A stretch of DNA of 64,000 nt from a virus. Its lineage: Duplodnaviria > Heunggongvirae > Uroviricota > Caudoviricetes. The notes beneath the pieces were generated by a model, which was not told the DNA's origin, did no database searches, and worked only from the letters and a program-made list of their open reading frames with translations. The stretch is from positions 12,534-76,533 of IMG/VR virus record IMGVR_UViG_2695420523_000009; one strand, written 5' to 3'. Position 1 is the stretch's first letter. Each line of letters starts with the position of its first letter. Positions 26,450-35,967 of the stretch are shown here, in pieces. The position numbers were made by a program, and so were the translations under genes.

Positions 26450-28765
26450 ATGATAAGCATCGTAAAACGTAACGGCCAAACAGAGCCGTTATCCGAAGAA
26501 AAATATAACCGCGTCGTAATGTATGGCGTAGAAGGCATTCGTGGTGTAAGCGCATCCGCTGTAGCAATGGGAGCTGCGGCCAGCATTTTTGATGGGATGA
26601 CCACCAGCCAGTTGCATGAGGCTTTGGTTAAATCTGCCGCTGATTTGATCTCACCAGAAGCACCAAATTACTCACAGGTGGCTGCCCGCCTGAACATTTT
26701 TAAAATCCGCAAAGATGCCTTCGGTCGTTACGACTATCCGAACTTCTACCAACACATTGTCAAGAACGTTAACAAGGGCGTTTATGACAAGGATTTGCTG
26801 ACACATTATTCGTTTGAAGAGATCGAAGAACTCGGCAATTACATTAAGCCGAAACGTGACGATCTTTTTGGCTATGCAGCTACGGTGCAGTTGCAAAGCA
26901 AATACCTCGTTCAAAACCGTGTTACTGGTGAGATTCATGAGGGGCCGCAACATATCTATATGCTGGTAGGCATGTGTCTGTTCCAGAATTGGGAAGACGA
27001 CTGCGCTGGCAAAACACGTATGGAGATGGTCAAAGGTTTCTATGACGTTACAAGTACGTTCAAACTGTCTCTGCCCACACCAATCATGGCCGGCGTCCGT
27101 ACTCCAACCCGTCAGTTCTCCAGTTGTGTGCTGATTGAGTCTGGCGATAGTCTGAAAGGGATTAGTGCAGCTTCAGCCGCAATTATCGACTACGTTTCAC
27201 GTCGTGCTGGAATTGGTATTGGTTTTGGCCGTATCCGTGCGCTGGGCAGCGAGATCCGCAATGGTGAAGCCACCCATACCGGAGTTATTCCATTCCTGAA
27301 GCATTTCCAGACGGCTGTTAAATCTTGTTCGCAAGGTGGTGTTCGTGGTGGCGCAGCAACAGCGTTTTACCCGATCTGGCATCTTGAAGTTGAAAGTCTG
27401 CTGGTGGTGAAAAATAACCGTGGTATTGATGAAAACCGCGTTCGCCATCTTGATTACGGCGTCATGAGTAACCGTCTAATGTACCGTCGACTCGTCAGAA
27501 GCGAGAACATCACTCTGTTCAGCCCGCATGATGTGCCTGATATGTACGAAGCCTTCTTCACAGACCAGGAGCTGTTTGAAAAGCTGTACCATAAATACGA
27601 AGCCGATGATTTAATTCGCAAGAAGTCAGTACCTGCCATTGAGCTGTTCTCATCTCTGATGCAGGAACGAGCGTCCACGGGCCGAATTTATATTGCGAAC
27701 GTCGATCATATTAATGAGCATGGCGCTTTCATTCCTGCTCTTGCACCTGTCCGCCAGTCAAACCTGTGTATGGAGATCACCCTACCCACCCGTCCACTGG
27801 CATTTACCGACGACCCGAACGGTGAGATCGCGCTATGCACTTTATCCGCTTTTAACCTCGGAGCCATCCGTTCACTGGAGTCTCTTAAAGAGGTGGCGTT
27901 CTATGCCGTTGCTGCACTGGATTCGTTACTGGATTATCAAGACTATCCGATGGAGGCAGCCGAAGTGCCTGCCAAAGCTCGTCGTAGCTTGGGAATTGGT
28001 GTAACCAACTTTGCTTATTACCTGGCAAAGAATGGCGTTCGTTATTCTGATACCGCTGGCAATAAACTGGTGCATGAAACATTCGAAGCTATCCAGTATT
28101 ACCTTCTTGATGCCAGCTGCCGACTTGCTGAAGCAAAAGGTGAGTGTGACTGGTTTGAGCAGACCAAATACGCAATTGGTCAGTTGCCGATCGACCATTA
28201 CCGTTCTTCATTAGACGAAAGTGGCGAAACCAACTTTGAGTTAAAGATGCCGTGGGAAGAACTGCGTGAACGTATTGCAAAATACGGCCTTCGCAACTCC
28301 ACACTGACGGCACAAATGCCATGCGAGACTTCCAGCCAGATCACTAATTCCACCAACGGCATCGAACCGCCTCGTGGCCCGGTGTCGGTGAAATCTTCTA
28401 AGGACGGCATCGTTAAGATGGTCGTGCCTGAGTTTGAAAAACTGAAGGAACAGTATGAATACCTGTGGGATATGCCGGACAACCGCGGCTATCTGACAAA
28501 GGTGGCGATCATCCAGAAGTTCTTTGACCAGGCTATTTCAGCCAATACCAACTATGACCCTTCTCGCTTTGAAGGCGATAAAGTCCCAATGATGACGCTA
28601 CTGTCAGATTTGCTTCTCGCCTACAAGATGGGAGTTAAAACGCTTTACTACCACAACACCAGAGATGGTGCAGGAAAGCGTGATGACGACGAACCGCAGA
28701 ATCCACTGGCGCAAGCTGTAGCCGTCGAGCCAGAAGATGAGTGCGACGGAGCCTGCAAAATCTGA
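26450..28765 (+). CDS. nrdA: ribonucleoside-diphosphate reductase class Ia, alpha subunit
   Basis: 771 aa, near-collinear with E. coli NrdA including ATP cone, catalytic core (SNLCLEI, PSETSS) and C-terminal CxxC tail. Confidence 0.95.
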   Translation: MISIVKRNGQTEPLSEEKYNRVVMYGVEGIRGVSASAVAMGAAASIFDGMTTSQLHEALVKSAADLISPEAPNYSQVAARLNIFKIRKDAFGRYDYPNFYQHIVKNVNKGVYDKDLLTHYSFEEIEELGNYIKPKRDDLFGYAATVQLQSKYLVQNRVTGEIHEGPQHIYMLVGMCLFQNWEDDCAGKTRMEMVKGFYDVTSTFKLSLPTPIMAGVRTPTRQFSSCVLIESGDSLKGISAASAAIIDYVSRRAGIGIGFGRIRALGSEIRNGEATHTGVIPFLKHFQTAVKSCSQGGVRGGAATAFYPIWHLEVESLLVVKNNRGIDENRVRHLDYGVMSNRLMYRRLVRSENITLFSPHDVPDMYEAFFTDQELFEKLYHKYEADDLIRKKSVPAIELFSSLMQERASTGRIYIANVDHINEHGAFIPALAPVRQSNLCMEITLPTRPLAFTDDPNGEIALCTLSAFNLGAIRSLESLKEVAFYAVAALDSLLDYQDYPMEAAEVPAKARRSLGIGVTNFAYYLAKNGVRYSDTAGNKLVHETFEAIQYYLLDASCRLAEAKGECDWFEQTKYAIGQLPIDHYRSSLDESGETNFELKMPWEELRERIAKYGLRNSTLTAQMPCETSSQITNSTNGIEPPRGPVSVKSSKDGIVKMVVPEFEKLKEQYEYLWDMPDNRGYLTKVAIIQKFFDQAISANTNYDPSRFEGDKVPMMTLLSDLLLAYKMGVKTLYYHNTRDGAGKRDDDEPQNPLAQAVAVEPEDECDGACKI

Positions 28766-28770
28766 CATAT

Positions 28771-28800
28771 GGTGGGGGATATCCCCACCTTCTCTTTGAT
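28771..28800 (+). terminator. rho-independent terminator
   Basis: GGTGGGGGATATCCCCACC perfect hairpin followed by T-rich run. Confidence 0.7.
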
Positions 28801-28826
28801 TTGTAAGCCTTGTTTAAACACATAAG

Positions 28827-28844
28827 ATAACAACTTGTTTAAAC
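28827..28844. promoter_or_regulatory. AACAA-N-TTGTT palindromic motif (two TTGTTTAAAC half-sites in this spacer)
   Basis: ATAACAACTTGTTTAAAC, upstream of nrdB; second TTGTTTAAAC at 28811-28820. Confidence 0.45.
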
Positions 28845-28871
28845 GCACCAAAAAAGAAAAAGGAAAAACAC

Positions 28872-30014
28872 ATGTCATATTCAACGTTCCGTTTGGGTGC
28901 TAATGATGCAACCAAAGAGCCTATGTTCCTCGGACAATCTGTCAACGTGGCACGTTACGATCAGCAAAAATACCGTGATTTTGAAAAGTTGATTGAACGT
29001 CAATTGTCTTTCTTCTGGCGGCCGGAAGAAGTTGATATTTCGAGCGATCGTATCGACTTCAACACGAAGCTGCGGGACCACGAACGTCACATTTTTCTGA
29101 GCAATCTCCGTTATCAAACGTTACTCGATTCAGTTCAGGGACGTAGTCCAAATGCAACGCTGCTGCCGCTTATCTCTATTCCTGAACTGGAAACGTGGGT
29201 TGAAACATGGTCTTTCTCTGAGACTATCCATAGCCGCAGCTACACCCACATTATTCGTGGCATGGTGGACGATCCGAGCATTGTTTTTGACGGTATTGTT
29301 ACGGATGAAGAAATCATCAACCGAGCGATCAGTATCTCTGCTGAATATGACAGGCTTTATGGGATGACCTGCGAGCGCCAGTCGTTAGGTGAGAAGGAAT
29401 TTGAGCGTCTGTACGTAAATGAATATGGCTGGAAGCCATACCCTTTGCATCGTCAGCTTTTCCGCACGTTGGTGTCCATTAATGCGCTTGAGGCGATCCG
29501 TTTCTACGTAAGTTTTGCATGTACGTTTGCCTTTGGTGAACGGAAGTTGCTTGAGGGTAACACCAAAATTATGCGCTTTATTGCCCGTGATGAAGCTCTG
29601 CATTGCGAAGGAACTGAACGCATGATCCGCTTCATGCGTACCGGTCGCGAAGGTTTATTGTGGAAAGAGATTGCTGCTGATGAAGAAAACGTCATTTACG
29701 ACACCATGAAATCAGTCGCCGAACAAGAAATGAACTGGGCAGACTATCTCTTCAAAGACGGTTCGATGATTGGTTTAAACGCGGATATTCTCAAAACCTA
29801 TGTAAAATACCGCACCAATCTGGCTATGAATCGTCTTGGCCTGAAGGCTTTATTTCCAGAAGTTACCACTGATCCGCTGGTCTGGATGAACAAGTGGTTG
29901 TTAACCGACACACTGCAAATTGCACCACAAGAGGCAGAGCAAAGCACATATCTGGTAGGTCAGATCGATTCTACCGTGGATAAGGCTTCTCTAAGCCAGT
30001 TTGCAGACCTGTAA
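28872..30014 (+). CDS. nrdB: ribonucleoside-diphosphate reductase class Ia, beta subunit
   Basis: 380 aa, collinear with E. coli NrdB (di-iron/tyrosyl radical region), conserved start context AAAGGAAAAACACATG. Confidence 0.95.
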   Translation: MSYSTFRLGANDATKEPMFLGQSVNVARYDQQKYRDFEKLIERQLSFFWRPEEVDISSDRIDFNTKLRDHERHIFLSNLRYQTLLDSVQGRSPNATLLPLISIPELETWVETWSFSETIHSRSYTHIIRGMVDDPSIVFDGIVTDEEIINRAISISAEYDRLYGMTCERQSLGEKEFERLYVNEYGWKPYPLHRQLFRTLVSINALEAIRFYVSFACTFAFGERKLLEGNTKIMRFIARDEALHCEGTERMIRFMRTGREGLLWKEIAADEENVIYDTMKSVAEQEMNWADYLFKDGSMIGLNADILKTYVKYRTNLAMNRLGLKALFPEVTTDPLVWMNKWLLTDTLQIAPQEAEQSTYLVGQIDSTVDKASLSQFADL

Positions 30015-30091
30015 ACCGATACAAAGCATTATGTGGCCTGGCAACGCTGGGCCACAATGGATCACAAGAATTAAGAAGGAGCAAAACTAGC

Positions 30092-30961
30092 ATGAACTTT
30101 ACCAAACTGACTGACCACCTGAAACTTGCCACCGATCGACTCATTGGATTTAAGCCAGAACCATATGAGTTGCATGAAGGCCATGGTGTAGCCACTGAAA
30201 GTATTTACAAGATGGTCGATCAGTTTCATGAACTCTTCCAGCATCCGAGACGCGTTATGCCGACACCAGAGCTGCTTCGTCTCCGTGCAAGCCTGATTCA
30301 TGAAGAAGCTGTAGTGGAAGGTATTCCAGCCGCAATGAATGGGGATATTGAGCAACTGCTGGATGCAATGGCCGACTTTTTATACGTTGGTGTTGGTACG
30401 ATGGTCGCCATCAAAGGTGGTATTTCTACCGGCATGACTTATTACACGCAGGAACAGAGCATTGATCGCTTTATGCAGACAATTTTTGTGCCTGGTAACA
30501 CTGTTTTCGATGATATGGCAATGCCATTTCAGGAAGCTCGTGAGGCGTCATGTATGCTCGAAGAGCTGGCAGATAAACTTGAGAAGAAGACTGTTAAGGA
30601 TTCTGAGCTGATTCAGGAACTGCGCCGTGTAATGAACAAAATCTATGTGGCGTGCATGATGACTTATCGACTGGCTGATTTTCTCGGTATCAATGTCGTC
30701 GAGCTGGTTGGCGAAATTCATCGGTCCAACATGACAAAATTATGGCCTGCAGATGCCGAAGAGCGTCGCCATGCTGTGGCCAACTGCAAATACGACTCTT
30801 CTGACCTGGGATTTCGCCATGCTGATGGCACCGATAAGATGATCGGTTTTCGAATTTCCGATGGAAAGATTCTGAAGTCTCCAACCTATAGTGATGTCGA
30901 TTTATCCTCCTTTGTTGAGCAAGCTAAAGCCTCAGCAATGTACGGAATGATCAAAAAATAA
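30092..30961 (+). CDS. putative all-alpha NTP pyrophosphohydrolase (MazG-like, tandem domains)
   Basis: Two EExxE...D-type repeats (IHEEAVVEGI ... DAMADFLYV; EEAREASCMLEELADKL ... RLADFLGI); function inferred, not certain. Confidence 0.45.
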   Translation: MNFTKLTDHLKLATDRLIGFKPEPYELHEGHGVATESIYKMVDQFHELFQHPRRVMPTPELLRLRASLIHEEAVVEGIPAAMNGDIEQLLDAMADFLYVGVGTMVAIKGGISTGMTYYTQEQSIDRFMQTIFVPGNTVFDDMAMPFQEAREASCMLEELADKLEKKTVKDSELIQELRRVMNKIYVACMMTYRLADFLGINVVELVGEIHRSNMTKLWPADAEERRHAVANCKYDSSDLGFRHADGTDKMIGFRISDGKILKSPTYSDVDLSSFVEQAKASAMYGMIKK

Positions 30962-31105
30962 TTGTAGGTAGTTATCTATCTGTGTATATTGCGCTGGCGC
31001 GTTAAATTTCTGAAACAACTATTCGTTTTTGGTGGCCTATGGCCACCATTTTTTTATCTGTCTGGTCTTGTTCTCTCAATAAATGTAAACTCACGCAATG
31101 AATAA

Positions 31106-32236
31106 GTGGTTACTTATCTTTGTGAGGTTTTTGTGTCACTCCTTTTGAATCGTGAGCATACGAACGGTCAGGTAACAAACGCATCGTATGCAAAAGTTAT
31201 TGAGACGGTGCTTAAAAGCGGCGTGCAGGCTGATGATCGCACAGGCACTGGTACTTTAAGCACCTGCTACGTTCCCTCTTACTACATGCTTACTGGTGGG
31301 ACTGTGCCGCTTATTTCTGGAAAGGCGGTAAATCTTAAGCCACTGCTTGTCGAACTTGAGTGGTATCTGAAAGGCACGGGCAACATCCAATTTCTCAAGG
31401 ATAACGGCGTTAAGATTTGGGATGCATGGGCCGATGAGAATGGCGATTTGGGGCCGGTTTACGGTAAGCAGTGGCGTCGATGGGAAGATACCCGCATCGT
31501 GAGCCATAGTGAATATCTGAGCAAGATCGCTACTTTCCGTGAACGCGGGTACAAAGTCGAGGGATACCTGGGTATCAGTGAAGATCGCGTAGTGCTGTCC
31601 CGTGAAATCGATCAGCTACAGCGTATTGTCGATACACTGCGCACGAACCCTACCGATCGTCGCATCATGCTTAACGCATGGAACGTAGGCGAGCTTGAGG
31701 ATATGAAACTGCCACCTTGCCACTTTGTCTTCTCTTTGTGGAGTCGTGAACTGGATTTTGAAACCCGTTTAACGATGGCAACTGACATTGGTCTTCAACA
31801 CAGTCGCCTCGGTTACGAGTCTATCTACACCAAGATGCTATACGATCTGGAGATGGACGGCAGTGTTACTGAAGCTGAACTGGATGAACTTGGAATCCCC
31901 AAACGCATCCTCAACTCCTGCCTCGTACAGCGTAGCGTAGACACTTTTGTTGGTATGCCATTCAATATTGCTGGCTATGGCATTCTCACTCATTTTCTCG
32001 CGAAGATTACGGGTCACATGGCCGGTGCATTTGTGCATTTTGGCTTTGACGTGCATTTGTACAACAACCACATGGAAGGTGTGTGTGAGCTAATGCAACG
32101 ACAGGCTCCAGAGCATTCAGATCCGGTCGTTATATTCCCTAATGAATGGTCTGAGCTGGATGATTTCAAATGGGACGAGATTCTTATTCTTGGCTATGCC
32201 CCTCTACCGTGGATCAAGGTTCCAGTGGCGGTGTGA
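31106..32236 (+). CDS. thyA: thymidylate synthase (ThyA family, with insertions; start uncertain)
   Basis: DRTGTGTLS, WADENGDLGPVYGKQWR, catalytic LPPCH, uracil-type PFNIAGY; about 100 extra residues relative to E. coli ThyA; possible starts GTG 31106 or GTG 31133 (GAGG 5 nt upstream). Confidence 0.8.
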   Translation: MVTYLCEVFVSLLLNREHTNGQVTNASYAKVIETVLKSGVQADDRTGTGTLSTCYVPSYYMLTGGTVPLISGKAVNLKPLLVELEWYLKGTGNIQFLKDNGVKIWDAWADENGDLGPVYGKQWRRWEDTRIVSHSEYLSKIATFRERGYKVEGYLGISEDRVVLSREIDQLQRIVDTLRTNPTDRRIMLNAWNVGELEDMKLPPCHFVFSLWSRELDFETRLTMATDIGLQHSRLGYESIYTKMLYDLEMDGSVTEAELDELGIPKRILNSCLVQRSVDTFVGMPFNIAGYGILTHFLAKITGHMAGAFVHFGFDVHLYNNHMEGVCELMQRQAPEHSDPVVIFPNEWSELDDFKWDEILILGYAPLPWIKVPVAV

Positions 32237-32237
32237 T

Positions 32238-32651
32238 ATGGCAAGAGGTATGTATGTCTTATGCGAAATTGAAGGTGTGCTGGCAAATACCAGCCATCGT
32301 AAATCTGTATCTGACTCGGATGCAGGCCAATTCATTGCCGGTGATGAACTCATTTTCCCCACCAGCCGTATGTTGCGTGGTTTTGCTCGCTCAGGGGCTG
32401 AAGTGGTGCTTATCAGTAGCCGCTCTGAAACTCTTGAAGCGCCCACTAAACGATGGCTGAAAGATTTTGGTGTTGATTACGACTGGCTTCACCTCGTACC
32501 GAATAGCACCAGTTATGAGAAGCATATTAAGCGCACATTAGCGGAGCATAAAGGCGATCTGCTTATCGCTGCGCTGGTGCACGATCCTCGACTCCGTGCC
32601 GCTTTAGCTGACTCTCATCATAGACCGGTCATCTATGAGGTGAGCAAATGA
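32238..32651 (+). CDS. hypothetical protein
   Basis: 137 aa from ATG 32238 directly after thyA stop; the upstream part of the ORF-track ORF overlaps thyA. Confidence 0.45.
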   Translation: MARGMYVLCEIEGVLANTSHRKSVSDSDAGQFIAGDELIFPTSRMLRGFARSGAEVVLISSRSETLEAPTKRWLKDFGVDYDWLHLVPNSTSYEKHIKRTLAEHKGDLLIAALVHDPRLRAALADSHHRPVIYEVSK

Positions 32652-33124
32652 AGATGATAGCTGCTGTTGGCCGTAACTATGAGATCGGCATAGCGAACGA
32701 ACTGCCCTGGCGTTGTTCTACCGATCTGAAGCTATTTAAGAGACTCACCAAAAACGCCACTGTCGTTATGGGGCGTAAAACGATGGAAAGTCTCAAACGC
32801 CCTCTTCCAGAGCGTCATAACCTCGTTTTGACGCGCTCTCATGGCTTTGTACCAAATGGATTCTACCCTGCTGGTGTGGATGATGTGTTGCGATTACCAG
32901 AGCCTGTGTGGGTGATTGGCGGGGAACAAATTTACTCGCTATTCATGCCGCATGTTGAAGAGATTTGGCTCTCCCACATCGGCGTTGATGTGCCAAACGC
33001 CGATGCATTCTTCCCGGCAAGCATGATGCGTAATTTAGGCTTTGTGCCTGTTGAAACAGCTTATACCCAACGAGCCAGCGAGGAAGAGCCTGGCTTTTCG
33101 CAGATCGTATACAGAAGGTCGTAA
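32648..33124 (+). CDS. folA: dihydrofolate reductase
   Basis: MIAAVGRNYEIG ... LPW ... VMGRKTMESL ... VIGGEQIY pattern typical of DHFR; 158 aa; start overlaps upstream stop. Confidence 0.85.
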   Translation: MKMIAAVGRNYEIGIANELPWRCSTDLKLFKRLTKNATVVMGRKTMESLKRPLPERHNLVLTRSHGFVPNGFYPAGVDDVLRLPEPVWVIGGEQIYSLFMPHVEEIWLSHIGVDVPNADAFFPASMMRNLGFVPVETAYTQRASEEEPGFSQIVYRRS

Positions 33125-33768
33125 TGGATTACCGGATTGGGATCACTGGTGCTCAGGGCAGTGGGAAAACAACCCTGGCTAAATATATCGACAAACATTA
33201 CGGAATCCCTTACGTGGATGCTGGTGTCGGAAGTTTGATGAGCCGCCTCGGTGTTCGAGTAGGTGATTCTATGCCTCTATATGAGCGGCTTCAGATTCAA
33301 ATGGAAATAGCAAAGCATATAGAGCTACTTACGCGTGGTGCTGAAGGCTTTGTTATCGATCGCACACCTGCTGATGTTATGGCCTACACGTTGGATTTGG
33401 TCGGCCATACAAATGAAGATCGGTGTATTGAGTTAGCCCTCGATATCGAAAAGTTTTGCCACAAAACTGCTATTTCAAACTTTAACGCCATTGCTGGCCT
33501 ACGCCCGGGGGTCGCTCTCTCAGAGCGAGATTACTTGCGGTCACAACGAGCATCATTAGACCGTCTGTATGTCGCTCGTATTGATGCGTTGATGTGCGGG
33601 GAACTGACAAAAATTCACCTGCATCCGCAAAGGGGAGATCTGCAAACCTTCGTCGTTTCCAACCGGTATCGCACAGTTGAAGCAAGAGCCAGATCAGTGA
33701 TGAGAATGCTAGATAACGCTGTAGAAAAGATAGAAAACCGGTTCTGTGGCCGAGTGACCGTTCATTAG
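33124..33768 (+). CDS. P-loop nucleotide kinase (putative dNMP/thymidylate-kinase-like)
   Basis: Walker A GAQGSGKTT and DR-type motif FVIDRTPADVMAYT. Confidence 0.55.
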   Translation: MDYRIGITGAQGSGKTTLAKYIDKHYGIPYVDAGVGSLMSRLGVRVGDSMPLYERLQIQMEIAKHIELLTRGAEGFVIDRTPADVMAYTLDLVGHTNEDRCIELALDIEKFCHKTAISNFNAIAGLRPGVALSERDYLRSQRASLDRLYVARIDALMCGELTKIHLHPQRGDLQTFVVSNRYRTVEARARSVMRMLDNAVEKIENRFCGRVTVH

Positions 33769-33829
33769 AAATTGTTCGCCTCTTCGACATTGCGACAATA
33801 AAACTCTCAAAATGGGTTAAGGATAAAAA

Positions 33830-34249
33830 ATGTTTAGTGAAATGTTGCTTGAAGATGAACTGGATCGGAAAACAACAGAGGCTTTGATTCGTGTAGCGGA
33901 CGAACATTCCCGGTCGCTTATGAGCGATCGAGAGGCTCGTCTGGCTATTCGTGCCATATTCGAAACTGCGCAGGGGCTTGTTGGTACACAAGTGGGTGAA
34001 GCCATTAACATCGCCATGTCTCAGTTCAGTGAAGGCAGTAAAAAGCCTCTGTTTCCTATGCATTTGATGCTGGCTGGTGGCACGGTGCTTTATATCTCTG
34101 TTTGTCTGGATAGCAACCAAATCAATATTCTCAACACTGTGTCAGGTAAGTGGAAAGATCCGATTGTCTGTGAAACCAGTGAAGAAACTTTGAAAAAAGC
34201 GGCTCAATTTGTACGTAGCGCACTACTTAAGGGCGCTAAGAAGTTGTAA
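33830..34249 (+). CDS. hypothetical protein
   Basis: 139 aa, RBS AAGGA. Confidence 0.5.
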   Translation: MFSEMLLEDELDRKTTEALIRVADEHSRSLMSDREARLAIRAIFETAQGLVGTQVGEAINIAMSQFSEGSKKPLFPMHLMLAGGTVLYISVCLDSNQINILNTVSGKWKDPIVCETSEETLKKAAQFVRSALLKGAKKL

Positions 34250-34258
34250 GGAGTTCTG

Positions 34259-34816
34259 ATGACAACGATTGTTGCAGGCATCGATATCGAGTCTACGGGA
34301 CTGGATTTCCTTGCTGGTCATAAAATTATTGAAATCGCAATTACCCGCTATGAACTGGAGACACAGAGACATATTGATAGTCTGGAGATGCGTTTTAACC
34401 CTCGCAGAAACATAGATCCGAAAGCTCAAGCCGTTCATGGCATTTCATTGGAACAGCTCGCAGCTGAACCTTTGTTGTCAAATCATGCCAGCGAAATTGG
34501 CGCTTATATGGGGGCATGTAGTGTGTGGGTTGCTCATAACGGCGAAGCATTTGATATACCATTTATTCGACACGAGTTTTCAGGGTATGGAGTAAGACTG
34601 CCAGAAGTTCCTGTTATAGATACTATGTTATCGGGATTGTGGGCCACAGAAGACGGTAAACGTCCCCGCCTTGAAGAGTTGGCCTTCTCTCTTGGCTTTA
34701 TATACGATCATGCCAAAGCACATAGTGCCTTATATGACACAAACTTAATGATGCAATGCTTCTTTAAGGCACGTAATAAGTACGGATTTTTTAAATTACC
34801 CTCTGAAATTGTGTAA
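34259..34816 (+). CDS. DnaQ-like DEDDh 3'-5' exonuclease (candidate proofreading subunit)
   Basis: Exo I GIDIESTGL, Exo II HNGEAFDIPFI, Exo III HSALYDT. Confidence 0.8.
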   Translation: MTTIVAGIDIESTGLDFLAGHKIIEIAITRYELETQRHIDSLEMRFNPRRNIDPKAQAVHGISLEQLAAEPLLSNHASEIGAYMGACSVWVAHNGEAFDIPFIRHEFSGYGVRLPEVPVIDTMLSGLWATEDGKRPRLEELAFSLGFIYDHAKAHSALYDTNLMMQCFFKARNKYGFFKLPSEIV

Positions 34817-34822
34817 AACAAA

Positions 34823-34858
34823 AGCCTACTTTAAAAAGTTTAAAGTAGGCTTTCTTTT
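34823..34858 (+). terminator. rho-independent terminator
   Basis: AGCCTACTTTA ... TAAAGTAGGCT hairpin followed by TTTCTTTT. Confidence 0.65.
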
Positions 34859-34974
34859 AAAGAACAGTCGCCTTTCAATCATTTCCTGCCTGTATTTAAT
34901 ACTTTTCCGCCTGATAGGTTTAGTCAAAATGCAGCCATCGAAACGCAAATGTAACCAAACAGAAGGAGACTTAC

Positions 34975-35784
34975 ATGAGTTCGGTTGAAAATGTAATGAC
35001 AAATGATGATCTGGACGAGCTGACAGCCATGTTGCAATCACTTGATGAACCAGTAAAAAAAGCTGCACAGGTTGAAAATACTGATGATATTGACGATCTG
35101 CTGCTCGGCCTAGATGCTGGCGTAGCCATGAGTTCTGATGATGTTGCCGAAGAGCTGTTCAATGAAGAAAAAGCAGGTGATTTCAGCTCTGCTTTAAATG
35201 AGTTGGAGTTAGCGCATGAGCCTATAAACGTAATTAACGCTGAAAGTGTTGAAGCTGCCGAAAACGAGCCAGAACAATTGGGATTTATTGAGGTTGAAGA
35301 GTGTGTTGAGGTTAATGATGAATTAAAAGTTCAACAGTCAAATGATAGCAATACAAATAAAAAAGCTCGTACTGCAAGAGGTCCTCGTTTTACTTTAAGT
35401 GATAAAGATGATTCGTTTTTCAATAAAGCGGGCTTAGAAAAAGATATTTTCTTAGACGCTTACGATAACGCGCCTGTCAAAGCAAAGGATAAGATATTAA
35501 ACCTTCTTAATTGGTTTAGCGGAGGTCCAGATATTAGTGTTTACACGGTAATTTCCATGAGACACCTTCTCACAGAAAAGAAGGCTACAAGTAATAGTAT
35601 TAAGATTGCTTTAATGAGCAATCCAGAAAAACCGTATCCGCTTAACACTGCGTCAACTCAGGCTGGGCAAATGATGGCTGTATTTCCAGCGACAGGAATT
35701 GCCGTTAGAGACGGTGGAAATCTAACATTGAACGAAGAATCACCGATCGTTAAGAAGTTTGTCGCGGAGTACACTATTGGATGA
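34975..35784 (+). CDS. hypothetical acidic protein
   Basis: 269 aa; N-terminal half strongly Asp/Glu-rich; RBS GGAGA. Confidence 0.55.
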   Translation: MSSVENVMTNDDLDELTAMLQSLDEPVKKAAQVENTDDIDDLLLGLDAGVAMSSDDVAEELFNEEKAGDFSSALNELELAHEPINVINAESVEAAENEPEQLGFIEVEECVEVNDELKVQQSNDSNTNKKARTARGPRFTLSDKDDSFFNKAGLEKDIFLDAYDNAPVKAKDKILNLLNWFSGGPDISVYTVISMRHLLTEKKATSNSIKIALMSNPEKPYPLNTASTQAGQMMAVFPATGIAVRDGGNLTLNEESPIVKKFVAEYTIG

Positions 35785-35863
35785 CGTTCCCCTACTTAAA
35801 ATAAAGCCCATAGAGAGCTTTATAGTACTGGGTAAGCCAATCACATACCCAGCACCACAAAAA

Positions 35864-35906
35864 CGCGCCAGAGAGCTTCTCGTTTGCATTTCTGGCGCGT
35901 TTTATT
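35864..35906 (+). terminator. rho-independent terminator (long loop)
   Basis: CGCGCCAGA ... TCTGGCGCG stem followed by TTTTATTT. Confidence 0.55.
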
Positions 35907-35937
35907 TGATTGCCAGACATAAAATCAAATGCAAAAA

Positions 35938-35957
35938 TAGGTATATACTTACCTATC
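35938..35957. promoter_or_regulatory. palindrome ATAGGTA-tatact-TACCTAT
   Basis: Perfect 7-bp inverted arms around a TATACT (-10-like) hexamer, 10 bp upstream of the ATG at 35968. Confidence 0.45.
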
Positions 35958-35967
35958 GAGAAAGAAG

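Noticed and set aside
31106-32236. dCMP hydroxymethylase (T4 gp42-like) call for the ThyA-family protein
   Set aside because: The base-specifying residue is Asn (PFNIAGY), as in dUMP-utilising enzymes, and a DHFR gene follows, both favouring thymidylate synthase. dUMP hydroxymethylase cannot be fully excluded from sequence alone.
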